Under the pieces are notes generated by a model that was given only the letters and a program-made list of their open reading frames with translations, ran no database searches and had not been told where the DNA came from. Shown in pieces: positions 43,031 through 52,533 of a stretch of 64,000 bases of DNA (position 1 is the first letter of the stretch; each line of letters opens with the position of its first letter). Location of the stretch: positions 1 to 64,000 of the IMG/VR virus record IMGVR_UViG_3300032304_000977; one strand, given 5' to 3'. Source of the DNA: a virus (lineage: Duplodnaviria > Heunggongvirae > Uroviricota > Caudoviricetes). The position numbers and the translations under genes were made by a program.

Positions 43031-43579
43031 TTAATTTTCGAACACGTAGTAATTATACCTGAAAGTTGCATTTCCTATCAAATAATTTACATCACTTTCG
43101 ATTCCAGTAAACGTCAAACTTTCTAGCGAAACTGGAAACATGTTCTTAAACGTAACAAGTTTACTCTCAGTGTTATTATTTGTCAAAATAAAAAGCGAAG
43201 CATCTGATGTGTTTCTGGTGTATTCGGATGATCCCTGCGCAACTGTGTCTTGTGCTAGAAAGTTGGAATATTGCGAACGATCAATTGGAAATCCCAATCC
43301 GAATAGCCATGTATTGATTGCTTTATAGTTTTCTAAAGTTTCGTCAACAAGAAATTGAATTGACAATTCACCAAACTCCAATTTATCTCCAGGGATTGGA
43401 ACATTTGATAGTGGCGTTGTATATACAGCATCAGGAAGGGTTATGCTTGGAAGATTTACTGTCTGGCAGTAAAATTGCATTTTAGGTAATTTGGTGATGA
43501 GAAACCTGAATCCCGATGGCGCAAGAGGATTCATGTTACTGGGTATTTTAGCAGACCATTGTGCTGGTATTGTTGGCAT
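43031..43579 (-). CDS. 3: tail completion / sheath stabiliser gp3
   Basis: 182 aa (T4 gp3 is 176 aa). Located immediately downstream of gp23 as in marine T4-like phages. A candidate late promoter lies upstream. Confidence 0.5.
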   Translation of the reverse strand: MPTIPAQWSAKIPSNMNPLAPSGFRFLITKLPKMQFYCQTVNLPSITLPDAVYTTPLSNVPIPGDKLEFGELSIQFLVDETLENYKAINTWLFGLGFPIDRSQYSNFLAQDTVAQGSSEYTRNTSDASLFILTNNNTESKLVTFKNMFPVSLESLTFTGIESDVNYLIGNATFRYNYYVFEN

Positions 43580-43597
43580 AGTATCTCCTTTGATTCA

Positions 43598-43605
43598 CTA
43601 TTTAT
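43598..43605 (-). promoter_or_regulatory. candidate late promoter AATAAATA (NATAAATA class)
   Basis: Plus-strand TATTTATT, 19-26 bp upstream of the gp3 start. Confidence 0.35.
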
Positions 43606-43684
43606 TTGACATAAATTTGTTGTGCATGTAAAATAACAATGTCGGGTTTGAACTGATGCATCTAAAGAACTGTTGACTACAATG

Positions 43685-43709
43685 AAAAAGAGCCACCCGA
43701 AGGTGGCTC
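43685..43709 (-). terminator. rho-independent terminator after gp23
   Basis: Minus-strand GAGCCACC-TTCG-GGTGGCTC, 8-bp GC stem with tetraloop, followed by UUUUU. Sits 30 nt after the gp23 stop. Confidence 0.75.
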
Positions 43710-43738
43710 AAATACTGATCTTACGTCAGCTTCATCAA

Positions 43739-45100
43739 TTACATAATGTTCTGTACACGAACTCTACGGTAGTAGACGTTGTTATTTGAACCGATTGATG
43801 TTGCCAATGATGTTCCAGTTGCGAATGGGTTTGCGATCATGCCGTAGCGTGTCTTGAAACCAATCTTAGGCTGGAATGTATTTGGATCAACTGCGCGAAC
43901 CATTTGCAATGGAACGTATGGGCAATAGAAGATACCAGCGTCGAATGCGCTAGAACCTTTGTAACCAACTACATAGAATTGGTCATTTGCGCCACCATTA
44001 GATGCATATGGATCGATATAAACACGATAGCGTCCATTTAGAACACCAGCGAATGTGTTACCTGCGTCATCAACTTGTAAATTTGTTGACAATGCTGGAG
44101 TGTAGTCAAGAACGCCAGCCATTGCTAATGCAGATGCAACATCTGAAGAGCAAAGGATGAAGTTACCTTTTCCACGACGTGTTTCTTGTGCAATTACGTT
44201 AGCATCACGTTCGATTTGGAACAATAGACCCTTGAATTTCTCAACTGACCAACGTCCGTTAGCGTCTGTGTCTAAGTCAAACACACCAGCTGTTGTAACT
44301 GTACCAGATGCTGCACCGCTCTTAGCTGTGTAGTAAATTGTACGAACAACTTCACGATTGATTTCAGCAAGAATTTCTGTTGAAAGGATGTTGCTCAACT
44401 CTGACTCAGCGTCAAGACCATGAACTGCTTTCAAGTCTTGTGCCAATTCAATTGAGTACTCAGCCTTCAAAGCACGAGATCTAGCAGTTACGCTTGTCTT
44501 CTCGATTGAGAATGCCATTTCATTAAAAGATGTAGAACCTGGACCTGGATCAGATGCTGGAGATGCGCCTGTTGAAGAAGCAGAGTGACCACCTTCAGCT
44601 TGCTGAGTAGTCATACCACCAGCAGCGTTTACTGTGTTAAACCAGTTAGAACCAGAGATTGCTGTTTGGTTTGTGTTAGCACCTAAGTCTGCGCCTGAGA
44701 ACTCAGCATTTGCTTCGTTGTAGCCAGCTTCTGTACCACCTTGTGAACCATAACGTGCTTTCATAGCAAACACTAGACCTGTTGGACCTGTCATTGGCTG
44801 AACACCGCATAGATCGTAAGCGATCATTTGTGGAGCAGCACGACGTACCAAGTTGATCAAGATTGGATCATACTTAGCAACACCACCTGTGTCTGGGTTT
44901 GTTGATGAGCCATTATAGTTGGCGTTTGTTGGAACTGCTTCGAAAAGTGCAGAACGCTCTTCGCGCAATGCTTTTTCTTGGTTCTCTAAAAGAACCGCAG
45001 TACATTCTTTACGATATTGATCCTTGATTGGATCAAGACTTTCGTGCTCGAGCACTGGTGCCCATTTTTTCACTAAGTCTTCTCTTAACATTGTTGACAT
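43739..45100 (-). CDS. 23: major capsid protein gp23
   Basis: 453 aa. Position after the gp22 scaffold and before a strong rho-independent terminator. Composition typical of T4-like MCP. Confidence 0.8.
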   Translation of the reverse strand: MSTMLREDLVKKWAPVLEHESLDPIKDQYRKECTAVLLENQEKALREERSALFEAVPTNANYNGSSTNPDTGGVAKYDPILINLVRRAAPQMIAYDLCGVQPMTGPTGLVFAMKARYGSQGGTEAGYNEANAEFSGADLGANTNQTAISGSNWFNTVNAAGGMTTQQAEGGHSASSTGASPASDPGPGSTSFNEMAFSIEKTSVTARSRALKAEYSIELAQDLKAVHGLDAESELSNILSTEILAEINREVVRTIYYTAKSGAASGTVTTAGVFDLDTDANGRWSVEKFKGLLFQIERDANVIAQETRRGKGNFILCSSDVASALAMAGVLDYTPALSTNLQVDDAGNTFAGVLNGRYRVYIDPYASNGGANDQFYVVGYKGSSAFDAGIFYCPYVPLQMVRAVDPNTFQPKIGFKTRYGMIANPFATGTSLATSIGSNNNVYYRRVRVQNIM

Positions 45101-45125
45101 TTTTGTCTCCTAATTTGTTGAAAGG

Positions 45126-46094
45126 TTATTTCTTTAATTTACCAATTGCATCTGCATAATGAGCGATTGATTCACTAATGAATTTTTCAGTCGCTGGTTC
45201 TGTAGCATCATCTAATTTCGCAACTGGTTTTGCCTTTGCGAAATATGATTCACGGATAGTTTCAAGTTTCTTTGTAAAAGAACCTTCGCTTTCGTAAACA
45301 ATTTCAGATGCCAATGCTGTAAATTTCTCTGTTTCTGTATCTGTTAGACCATCTGACAAAGAATTAACAATTTGCGAACGCTTCATTTCTGCTAGCTGCT
45401 TATTCATTTCAATATTATGATTTACGGACTCATTCAGCTTCTCTTCCAGCTGTCCTACTTTTTCTTCTAGAGAACCAAGTACGTCATATTTCTCAGCTGG
45501 TACATCAACATAGTGCTCTTCGAACACTTGTTTAATACCTTCGATAAATGACTCAGCTAATTCAGCTTTGATTCCGCTTTCGAGGGCTAGTTCATTCTGT
45601 TTCATCCACTGCTCAACCATATAGTTGAGGTATCCATCGACCTTGTCAACAAGTTCCTCTTTAATGATAGCAAACTCTTCAACGAGTTTGTTGTCATATT
45701 CTTCTTGAATCTTAGAAATTTCTTCTTTGACTCTTGTAACAACTGCTGCTTCAAAAATTGTTGCAGCTTTTGTTTTAAATTCTTCTGACAACTCTTCACC
45801 TTCTACAAGGGCAGCAACGTCATCAGTTGAATCATAAGAAATTTCTTCTTTCTTTACTGATGGTTGTGGCTCAGATCCTGAACCACCCGCACCTGCCTTA
45901 GAGTTGTCTTTCTTTGTGCTAACTTCTGGGGCTTTGTCTTCGCCTTCCATACCCTTAGCATTGTCTGGATTTTGACCAGTTCCCTGACCAGTTCCTTTGG
46001 CTTTAATAGTTTCTGCCGCACCTTCCTCAATCTCTTGAGTATTAAGTTTTTCTGATTCGGCTAGTAATTCTGCAATTTTCTGTTCAACTGACAT
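45126..46094 (-). CDS. 22: prohead scaffold protein gp22
   Basis: 322 aa, highly acidic with coiled-coil character and low complexity. Between gp21 and gp23. Confidence 0.65.
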   Translation of the reverse strand: MSVEQKIAELLAESEKLNTQEIEEGAAETIKAKGTGQGTGQNPDNAKGMEGEDKAPEVSTKKDNSKAGAGGSGSEPQPSVKKEEISYDSTDDVAALVEGEELSEEFKTKAATIFEAAVVTRVKEEISKIQEEYDNKLVEEFAIIKEELVDKVDGYLNYMVEQWMKQNELALESGIKAELAESFIEGIKQVFEEHYVDVPAEKYDVLGSLEEKVGQLEEKLNESVNHNIEMNKQLAEMKRSQIVNSLSDGLTDTETEKFTALASEIVYESEGSFTKKLETIRESYFAKAKPVAKLDDATEPATEKFISESIAHYADAIGKLKK

Positions 46095-46146
46095 TTATAG
46101 TCTCCTGTTTTTAGTAGGTTATGTCCGATTAGTTTCGATATAATTC

Positions 46147-46154
46147 TATTTATA
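46147..46154 (-). promoter_or_regulatory. candidate late promoter TATAAATA
   Basis: Plus-strand TATTTATA (T4 late consensus TATAAATA on minus), about 53 bp upstream of gp22, overlapping the end of gp21. Confidence 0.35.
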
Positions 46155-46158
46155 AAAT

Positions 46159-46809
46159 TCAAAGTTTCTTCAAAAAACGAGCAAATTCTTTAAGAGATTG
46201 CTCTTGTAATCTTTTCGAAGGTGTCGCTTTGATAATTTTCTTTGCTGTTTCAATGTCTCTTTGCACGTATTTTCCATCAACATAAACCCACTCGACACCC
46301 TCCATAATGCCACGAACGAAGGCATCTGGAGCTGATGGGTCGGCTACGATGTCTGCTGCAGTTGACAGCATAAAATCGTCCTGAACAATTTGAACACCAT
46401 CTTTGTCTTCTTTCAAAGAACCAAGTGCTCTGCTAGAAACTCCAAGGTTTGCGCCACCGTCCAAAAGACCACGTGCAATCATACCCATTGGGGTTTCTAA
46501 AACCTTTGCTTTACCAATATAGTTCGTGCCTTCTTTTCTTAGATCAACAATAATGTGTGATACACGATCTAAATTAATAGTTGGTGTATCTGGGTGACCC
46601 AATTCGCCATAAGCACGATTATTCTTTACGTATTGCTCCATATAGCGATTGACTTCTTTGTCCATCACACCTTCTGGATACATACGACCATTGCGGTTTT
46701 TCAATTCTGATTGAAGGAACACTCCCTCAATAAAATATTGTTTTCCTTTGCCAAGTTTTTCTTCAACAATCAACTTGGTTTCTGATAGCTGTTCTCTAAT
46801 TAATTTCAT
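46159..46809 (-). CDS. 21: prohead protease gp21
   Basis: 216 aa (T4 gp21 is 212 aa). Position upstream of gp22. Confidence 0.65.
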   Translation of the reverse strand: MKLIREQLSETKLIVEEKLGKGKQYFIEGVFLQSELKNRNGRMYPEGVMDKEVNRYMEQYVKNNRAYGELGHPDTPTINLDRVSHIIVDLRKEGTNYIGKAKVLETPMGMIARGLLDGGANLGVSSRALGSLKEDKDGVQIVQDDFMLSTAADIVADPSAPDAFVRGIMEGVEWVYVDGKYVQRDIETAKKIIKATPSKRLQEQSLKEFARFLKKL

Positions 46810-46810
46810 T

Positions 46811-47227
46811 TTAGCTACCTACTGCGTTAATGTTATCGCCACCACCGAAAGATCCTGGCTCAAACTTTGGCGAGAATCCGCTTACTTTTGTCAATTCAAG
46901 CAATACCATTCCTGGTCCACCCACAAATGTAACAACAATATCACTGGTGTTTTGATCGGTTAATACCCAGTCTGATTCATCGATAATATCAGAACCATAA
47001 AATGCGCCCACAGTAGTTCCGTTGCGTGCTAGTGTGATGCTGTTTGCTGTACTCGCTTTAACTTTTGCGATGTTTATTGCTACTGTTCCACCTGCAGTCA
47101 GCGCTTCAAAGGTGCCGAGACAATCTACATCCAAATCTACTGTTGATGTATCGCTCGATGCTGTAGCAACAATGCGTATAAGGCATTTGTTGATGTTATT
47201 TCTTACAACTGTTTTTGTAGCAGCCAT
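46811..47227 (-). CDS. hypothetical virion-associated protein
   Basis: 138-aa ORF in the gp20-gp21 interval (T4 has prohead core genes 67/68 here). Confidence 0.4.
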   Translation of the reverse strand: MAATKTVVRNNINKCLIRIVATASSDTSTVDLDVDCLGTFEALTAGGTVAINIAKVKASTANSITLARNGTTVGAFYGSDIIDESDWVLTDQNTSDIVVTFVGGPGMVLLELTKVSGFSPKFEPGSFGGGDNINAVGS

Positions 47228-47237
47228 TTGGTCTTCC

Positions 47238-47798
47238 TTATAATTGTTTAACTACATGCATAAAATGTTTAACATTCTCTTGCATATAGTTAAGAATTTC
47301 TTCTTTATTATCAGAACTATTTAGCAAATTGCAAATCTTCTCGAAAGTTTCTTCGTTAATTGCTACGCATTTATCGTCATTTAATCTAAAATCAATTTTG
47401 TTTTCTATAAGATTTGACGTCTTATATGTCGTTCTTATTTCAGCAAGAACGGGATCAGTAGTAAACGATTTAGAGGAAGCAAGGGAGATATATGATTCTA
47501 TAAGTGTAGTTGTTACTTTTAGCGATTCATTATGTTTTCTGATAATTCCTGCTATCTTAATGTCTGTAATTGTTTCGTATAATTTTTCTTTAGTCTCGTT
47601 TGCAGATTCTTGTAAATTAATGTATTCCCTTACTTCCTCCAAATCGCTCAGTTTTGATTCTATCAAAACTCCATCTACGAAATATTGTCCTTTATCATTT
47701 TCTATAATCTGATGATCGTAATGTGTTACAACAGAAACTACTTTTCCATAGTTTCCGTTCTTAGAATATAGATTATTGATAAAATCCTTTAATACCAT
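47238..47798 (-). CDS. hypothetical protein
   Basis: 186-aa ORF in the gp20-gp21 interval. Confidence 0.4.
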   Translation of the reverse strand: MVLKDFINNLYSKNGNYGKVVSVVTHYDHQIIENDKGQYFVDGVLIESKLSDLEEVREYINLQESANETKEKLYETITDIKIAGIIRKHNESLKVTTTLIESYISLASSKSFTTDPVLAEIRTTYKTSNLIENKIDFRLNDDKCVAINEETFEKICNLLNSSDNKEEILNYMQENVKHFMHVVKQL

Positions 47799-47799
47799 A

Positions 47800-48123
47800 T
47801 TACTCTGGTGTAGATTCTGGTGGGGGAGTTTCTTCTGAAGTTTCTTCTGAAGATTCCTCAGAATTTTCTTCTACACCATCCCAAACATCCATTTGACCAG
47901 ATGGAAATTGACCATCGCCGTGTTCGCCTTCGCCAGTATCTTCTGTTGAGTTTTCCTCAGTTACTGGTTCTGGATTGAAAAACGAGTTAGCAACATCTTG
48001 ACGATACTGCTCGATTCTATCTACCAACTTGTCATTAATGATGTTCTGAAACACTGTTTCAGAATCTACTGAATTCTCATCAACGATCGCATCAATAAGA
48101 TCTCTAATTGATTCGTGTGCCAT
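47800..48123 (-). CDS. acidic small protein, possible prohead core protein
   Basis: 107 aa with acidic Ser/Glu-rich tail (EENSEESSEETSEETPPPE). Position equivalent to T4 gp67/gp68. Confidence 0.35.
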   Translation of the reverse strand: MAHESIRDLIDAIVDENSVDSETVFQNIINDKLVDRIEQYRQDVANSFFNPEPVTEENSTEDTGEGEHGDGQFPSGQMDVWDGVEENSEESSEETSEETPPPESTPE

Positions 48124-48135
48124 AAAATATTCTCC

Positions 48136-49707
48136 TTAATTGGTTTCGCTAGTTGGTGCTTCCTGTGTTTCAGGTGGAGCATTTTTCTGTAAATAAACTT
48201 GTTGAGCAGTTTGAGTAACACCAGCAACAGTTCCTTGATGATCAGCATCAACAAACTCTTGTTGTTTTTCCGCTTCAATTTCTGTTTCCATCTTCTTAAT
48301 TTGTTCATCAGTAAGACGGAGAATTTCTTCTTGTATATATCTCTTGGAATAATATTTTCCAGCAAATGGATCTAGCTGAGTCAACATAGCAACACGTCCA
48401 GAAATGATTTCTGTTTCTTTCAATTCAGCATAGTAATTGTCATAATTGAAAGAATAACGAATTTGTGAACTAATAGTATCCCACTCATCGGCACGAATAA
48501 TTCCCTTTAGAATGAGTTGTACTCGAAGAATTTCTGAAAACAGCATAGAAAAGCGACTACGCAATCTAGAAATAAACTTCGAGAATTTAATCTCATCACG
48601 AGAAATCTCAGCTGACTTACCAACATTAAACATACCACCATCTTGCGTCAAACGTGTCAATGGGACGTTTAAAGATTGATATAGTTTTTGCTTAAAGTAC
48701 TCAACGTCATCTAATTGTCCTAAACTTCCACCACCTGGGAGAGTAGTAATCTCAGTACCTTTACCGCCTTCACGACGAGGCATCCAAAAGTCTTCAAGCA
48801 TTGACATATGCTTGCGATCATCTTTAATCTCTCCAGTATTCGCATCATAAACAAGTTTATTGCGGTACTTGTTCATGATGTCACGAACATACTGTTCTGC
48901 TTTTACTTTTGGTAAATTACCAACATCGATGTAAAATATACGACGTTCTGGTGCACGAGATACACGATAAATTACCAAAGAGTCTTCAATCATTTTTAAT
49001 TGATTGACAGGTTTAATTGCTTTGTGGAGATGACTCAAGACCATGTTTTTGCCTTGATCCACCAACCCAGATGTGCAAGAAACAACACTATCTGCGCTCA
49101 GTTTTACACCTTGCGTAGTGTTGTTAACAATTCCTTTGTCATTATATACGTAGTATTCTTCTGTTGATTTTACAACATCAATACCAGTTTTCTTATCACG
49201 TTCTTTTTTAACTTCTTTGACTTTACGAATTTTAGTAGAGTCAATATATCTTAATTCTTTAATTCCAGATTTGGTATCTTTGTCGTCCAACAAAATTTGA
49301 TAATGTACTCTTCCATCTACATACCAATTACGAAATATGTCATGACCCTTCATGTGAAATGCTAAAAGCGATAACACATTATCAAATTCGTCATGAAATT
49401 TTTTCTTAATGGAGTCAGAAAGTTTTAATTCATCTAAATTTAACTCAACAACTTTCTCACTTTCTTCACTAACAATTGATTCGTTGACGATATCTTCAAT
49501 TGCTGCATCTACTTCAGTAAATCCAGCGATTTCACGATATTTCTTTAATAAATCATTCTCAGTTGTTATCTGAGTGTCAGTATTAAGTGTTTGCGCATAA
49601 TATCCAGCTTGTGTAGATATTAGCGTTGATCCGTCATCGATCGGTGGAGCAACCACCGAATCGATTTCAGTTTTCTTTCGCTTTATTTCAAATCCAAAAA
49701 AGTCCAT
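48136..49707 (-). CDS. 20: portal protein gp20
   Basis: 523 aa (T4 gp20 is 524 aa). Position between gp19 and the prohead core, scaffold and capsid genes. Confidence 0.8.
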   Translation of the reverse strand: MDFFGFEIKRKKTEIDSVVAPPIDDGSTLISTQAGYYAQTLNTDTQITTENDLLKKYREIAGFTEVDAAIEDIVNESIVSEESEKVVELNLDELKLSDSIKKKFHDEFDNVLSLLAFHMKGHDIFRNWYVDGRVHYQILLDDKDTKSGIKELRYIDSTKIRKVKEVKKERDKKTGIDVVKSTEEYYVYNDKGIVNNTTQGVKLSADSVVSCTSGLVDQGKNMVLSHLHKAIKPVNQLKMIEDSLVIYRVSRAPERRIFYIDVGNLPKVKAEQYVRDIMNKYRNKLVYDANTGEIKDDRKHMSMLEDFWMPRREGGKGTEITTLPGGGSLGQLDDVEYFKQKLYQSLNVPLTRLTQDGGMFNVGKSAEISRDEIKFSKFISRLRSRFSMLFSEILRVQLILKGIIRADEWDTISSQIRYSFNYDNYYAELKETEIISGRVAMLTQLDPFAGKYYSKRYIQEEILRLTDEQIKKMETEIEAEKQQEFVDADHQGTVAGVTQTAQQVYLQKNAPPETQEAPTSETN

Positions 49708-49738
49708 ATCGACCCCACGTAAACATTAAAAAAATCAA

Positions 49739-50341
49739 TTAAATTCTAATACCTGGAAGCTGGAATCCACCCACATTGACATTAACACCACCACTGATTA
49801 ACGAACCAGTTGATGTTGATTGTGTAGACAACCAGTAGTTGTACTGGAATGTTACTGTAAATTCTTCGACCTGATTGTTTGTATCAAAGTTTAGTTCAAT
49901 TGCTCCAACTTCAGTTGGGAATGCATCAACAAATTTATAGTTTTTAATAGGATTACCATTGCGGTCAAGTTGCGCTACTTCCATATCAACTTGATATTGA
50001 GCTGCGTTGATTAATCCAGTATTGCTAGCATTGTTGTTAATTCCATTCATCCATGCTTCAAATGCATTTCTTAACAGAAAATCGTTATCGTTTAGAATTG
50101 TAACAGTCCAAGGTGCGAAAGTTCTCTCACCAGCAAAGTTTACTTGACGACCACGGTAATTTACTGGGGTATTGTCAATTGTTGATGCTGGTAATTGTGC
50201 TCCCTTACATACGAACTGACCTTTGGCAGATGCCAATGTGCCAGAAGATACGTAGTTTGGAAATGTTAAATTAACGAAAAACTGGTTGGCACGTGCGCCA
50301 CCACCGATCATGTTGGCTTTAAAAGCGTCAATATTTGCCAT
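49739..50341 (-). CDS. 19: tail tube protein gp19
   Basis: 200 aa. Blocks resembling T4 gp19 (ARANQFFVNLTFP vs ARPNLFQVEISY; AGERTFAPWTVTILND vs AGDRTFDDWTVTVMND). Confidence 0.8.
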   Translation of the reverse strand: MANIDAFKANMIGGGARANQFFVNLTFPNYVSSGTLASAKGQFVCKGAQLPASTIDNTPVNYRGRQVNFAGERTFAPWTVTILNDNDFLLRNAFEAWMNGINNNASNTGLINAAQYQVDMEVAQLDRNGNPIKNYKFVDAFPTEVGAIELNFDTNNQVEEFTVTFQYNYWLSTQSTSTGSLISGGVNVNVGGFQLPGIRI

Positions 50342-50366
50342 GTCTTATTCTCCTGAGTTTTTCTTT

Positions 50367-50374
50367 TATTTATT
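50367..50374 (-). promoter_or_regulatory. candidate late promoter AATAAATA
   Basis: Plus-strand TATTTATT, 26-33 bp upstream of the gp19 start. Confidence 0.35.
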
Positions 50375-52451
50375 AAGCGCCAAGCTCGTCAAAACTCACA
50401 CTTGTTCTAGCAGCAACAAAGTTGAGAGTAATGAAATTGATAGAGCGAGCAGGTTTAACAAAAATGTCTGCTACAAATTGATTTGTGTCAATAATTTGTC
50501 CAGTATTATTTGTCTCATCACATACAACACGGAAGTCGAAAATACCACGACGACCTTGCACATCACGTAGATATGGCTCTACTAGGTTCTTAAATTGAGC
50601 ACGTGTAAACGTGTCGTTAAATTCAAATAATTGAAACTTAGCAGCTGTAGAAATAGATTTCTCAAGAATGATGAATAAACGACGCACGTTAATACGATCA
50701 AATGCGCTTGGCTTGCTCAACATTGTCTTATCGCCAAACAACACAGTTCCTTGTCCTGGGAATGTAACAACTGGATTAATACCGTTCTTATACAATGTAT
50801 CACGTTCTGTTTGGCTTGGATTGTATGCCAATTTAACAACATTCTTGATAACACCACGACTGTATCCACCTGGAGAGAACCATGGGTCAGCTGTGTAATC
50901 TGTTCTTGCGCATAGACCTGCGATATCTGCATTTAATGGAACATACAAATATTTGTCATTGTACTTATCGTACTGATATTTGTAACCAGAGTCCATTGTT
51001 GCGTAAGAAGTTGATGTATTTACAGAGTTACTTGCTGCAGTTCTGTAAGAAACCAAAGAAGCAAACTCACTTGTTTTTGTAACAGGTGTCAAACTAGAAC
51101 CATCGTCTTTAGCAGCAGAGATAAACACAACACAATCTTTTCTTGTTTCTGCGATTGCAATAACGTATTTTGCAACAACTGATTCAACTTCACCAACAGC
51201 GATTAAGCCAACATCAATTTCTTCTGTATTGCTAAATTTGTCATATGCTAACTGTAAACCAGATTTAATAGCTGCATCATGCGCTTTAGAAGATGTTGTA
51301 AATCCATCAACACCTTTACCATTTGTCATAATTGCAATAGCACCAGTTGCTTCTGTTACATTATAACCCATCACTGCTGTATATGGACGCTTTAGTGTAA
51401 TAAACACTGTATTAGCACCCATACCACCTGTTGCAACATTAACGGAGAATGCTGCAGCTGAAGATGTGTTTTGATATGTTACAGAAACGATATCATCAAT
51501 GTCACGTAAATTCCAAATATATTCAGAAGAACGATTGATAACAGTTTTGTAGTAATTGTTTGTTCCATCTGATAAAACTGAGTCAGCAGCTTTAGATACG
51601 TTCTCAAATTTTTCAAGAACTGTACCTTGAACGCCAGTAAATTGACCAAGACGATCAACAACAACGATGTGCATTTCGTCTTTGGCAGCCGACAAACCTT
51701 GAGAGGTAGCATATGCAGATGTTCCTGGAGCAGCAACAAAACTATCAGCATATTCCCATTCAAAAACAATCGATACGATAGCTGAAGCGATTCCTGGGTT
51801 GCTTGTTAATGTTGCAGCAGAAGCAGATGTGATAGAAGCGATTGCTGAAGTTCCTAGCAATGTTCCAGTACCACCAGCTGCGCTATAAAACTTTACAACA
51901 GATCCAACTGTTGCTTGTGTAGTGATTGCGCCACCAGTAATTGATAATGCTGTGCTAGTTTGTGCGCCAGCAATAGTTCCAGTAGCAACTGTACGGAATG
52001 AATCTGCATCGCAAACAGAAACTTTAAGTGTATTGCCAAGTGATCCTGGATATTTTGCAACCCATGTTGAGTTTGGCGAAGATGCAGTTGAGTAGTTTGC
52101 GACGTAATCATCGGCGCTCTTAATTACAATTGCTGTAACGTCTTCTGACTGAGCATTTTTAGAATCAGAAGTTCCACCTGTTGTTGGAAGAGCACGAACA
52201 ACGACCATGTTGTTTGAGTATCCCAAAAAGTTAGATGCAGTAAAGAATGAACGAGCGATAAAGTCGTTCACACCTACTGGTTTTCCGAATGTGGTTGCTA
52301 GATCTGCTTCACTGGCTAGTGTTGTTGGTAGCTCGGCTGGTCCCCAACGGAAAAACCCAGCAGTAGCACCAATGGAAGCAGCAATCTGAGGAATTACTAA
52401 AGAGAGATCTTTCTCTACAACTGCAACTCCTGGAGAAACTTGAAATGGCAT
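50373..52451 (-). CDS. 18: tail sheath protein gp18
   Basis: 692 aa. N-terminal FRWGPAELPTTLASEADLATTFG matches T4 gp18 FQWGPAFQIKQVTNEVDLVNTFG. Confidence 0.85.
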   Translation of the reverse strand: MPFQVSPGVAVVEKDLSLVIPQIAASIGATAGFFRWGPAELPTTLASEADLATTFGKPVGVNDFIARSFFTASNFLGYSNNMVVVRALPTTGGTSDSKNAQSEDVTAIVIKSADDYVANYSTASSPNSTWVAKYPGSLGNTLKVSVCDADSFRTVATGTIAGAQTSTALSITGGAITTQATVGSVVKFYSAAGGTGTLLGTSAIASITSASAATLTSNPGIASAIVSIVFEWEYADSFVAAPGTSAYATSQGLSAAKDEMHIVVVDRLGQFTGVQGTVLEKFENVSKAADSVLSDGTNNYYKTVINRSSEYIWNLRDIDDIVSVTYQNTSSAAAFSVNVATGGMGANTVFITLKRPYTAVMGYNVTEATGAIAIMTNGKGVDGFTTSSKAHDAAIKSGLQLAYDKFSNTEEIDVGLIAVGEVESVVAKYVIAIAETRKDCVVFISAAKDDGSSLTPVTKTSEFASLVSYRTAASNSVNTSTSYATMDSGYKYQYDKYNDKYLYVPLNADIAGLCARTDYTADPWFSPGGYSRGVIKNVVKLAYNPSQTERDTLYKNGINPVVTFPGQGTVLFGDKTMLSKPSAFDRINVRRLFIILEKSISTAAKFQLFEFNDTFTRAQFKNLVEPYLRDVQGRRGIFDFRVVCDETNNTGQIIDTNQFVADIFVKPARSINFITLNFVAARTSVSFDELGA

Positions 52452-52533
52452 GGCTATATCTCCTTGATACGATTATTAGTAGTTGTTATACAACTTTTTT
52501 GTTTCATCTATTTTATTTAGTTTTTTAGGATTT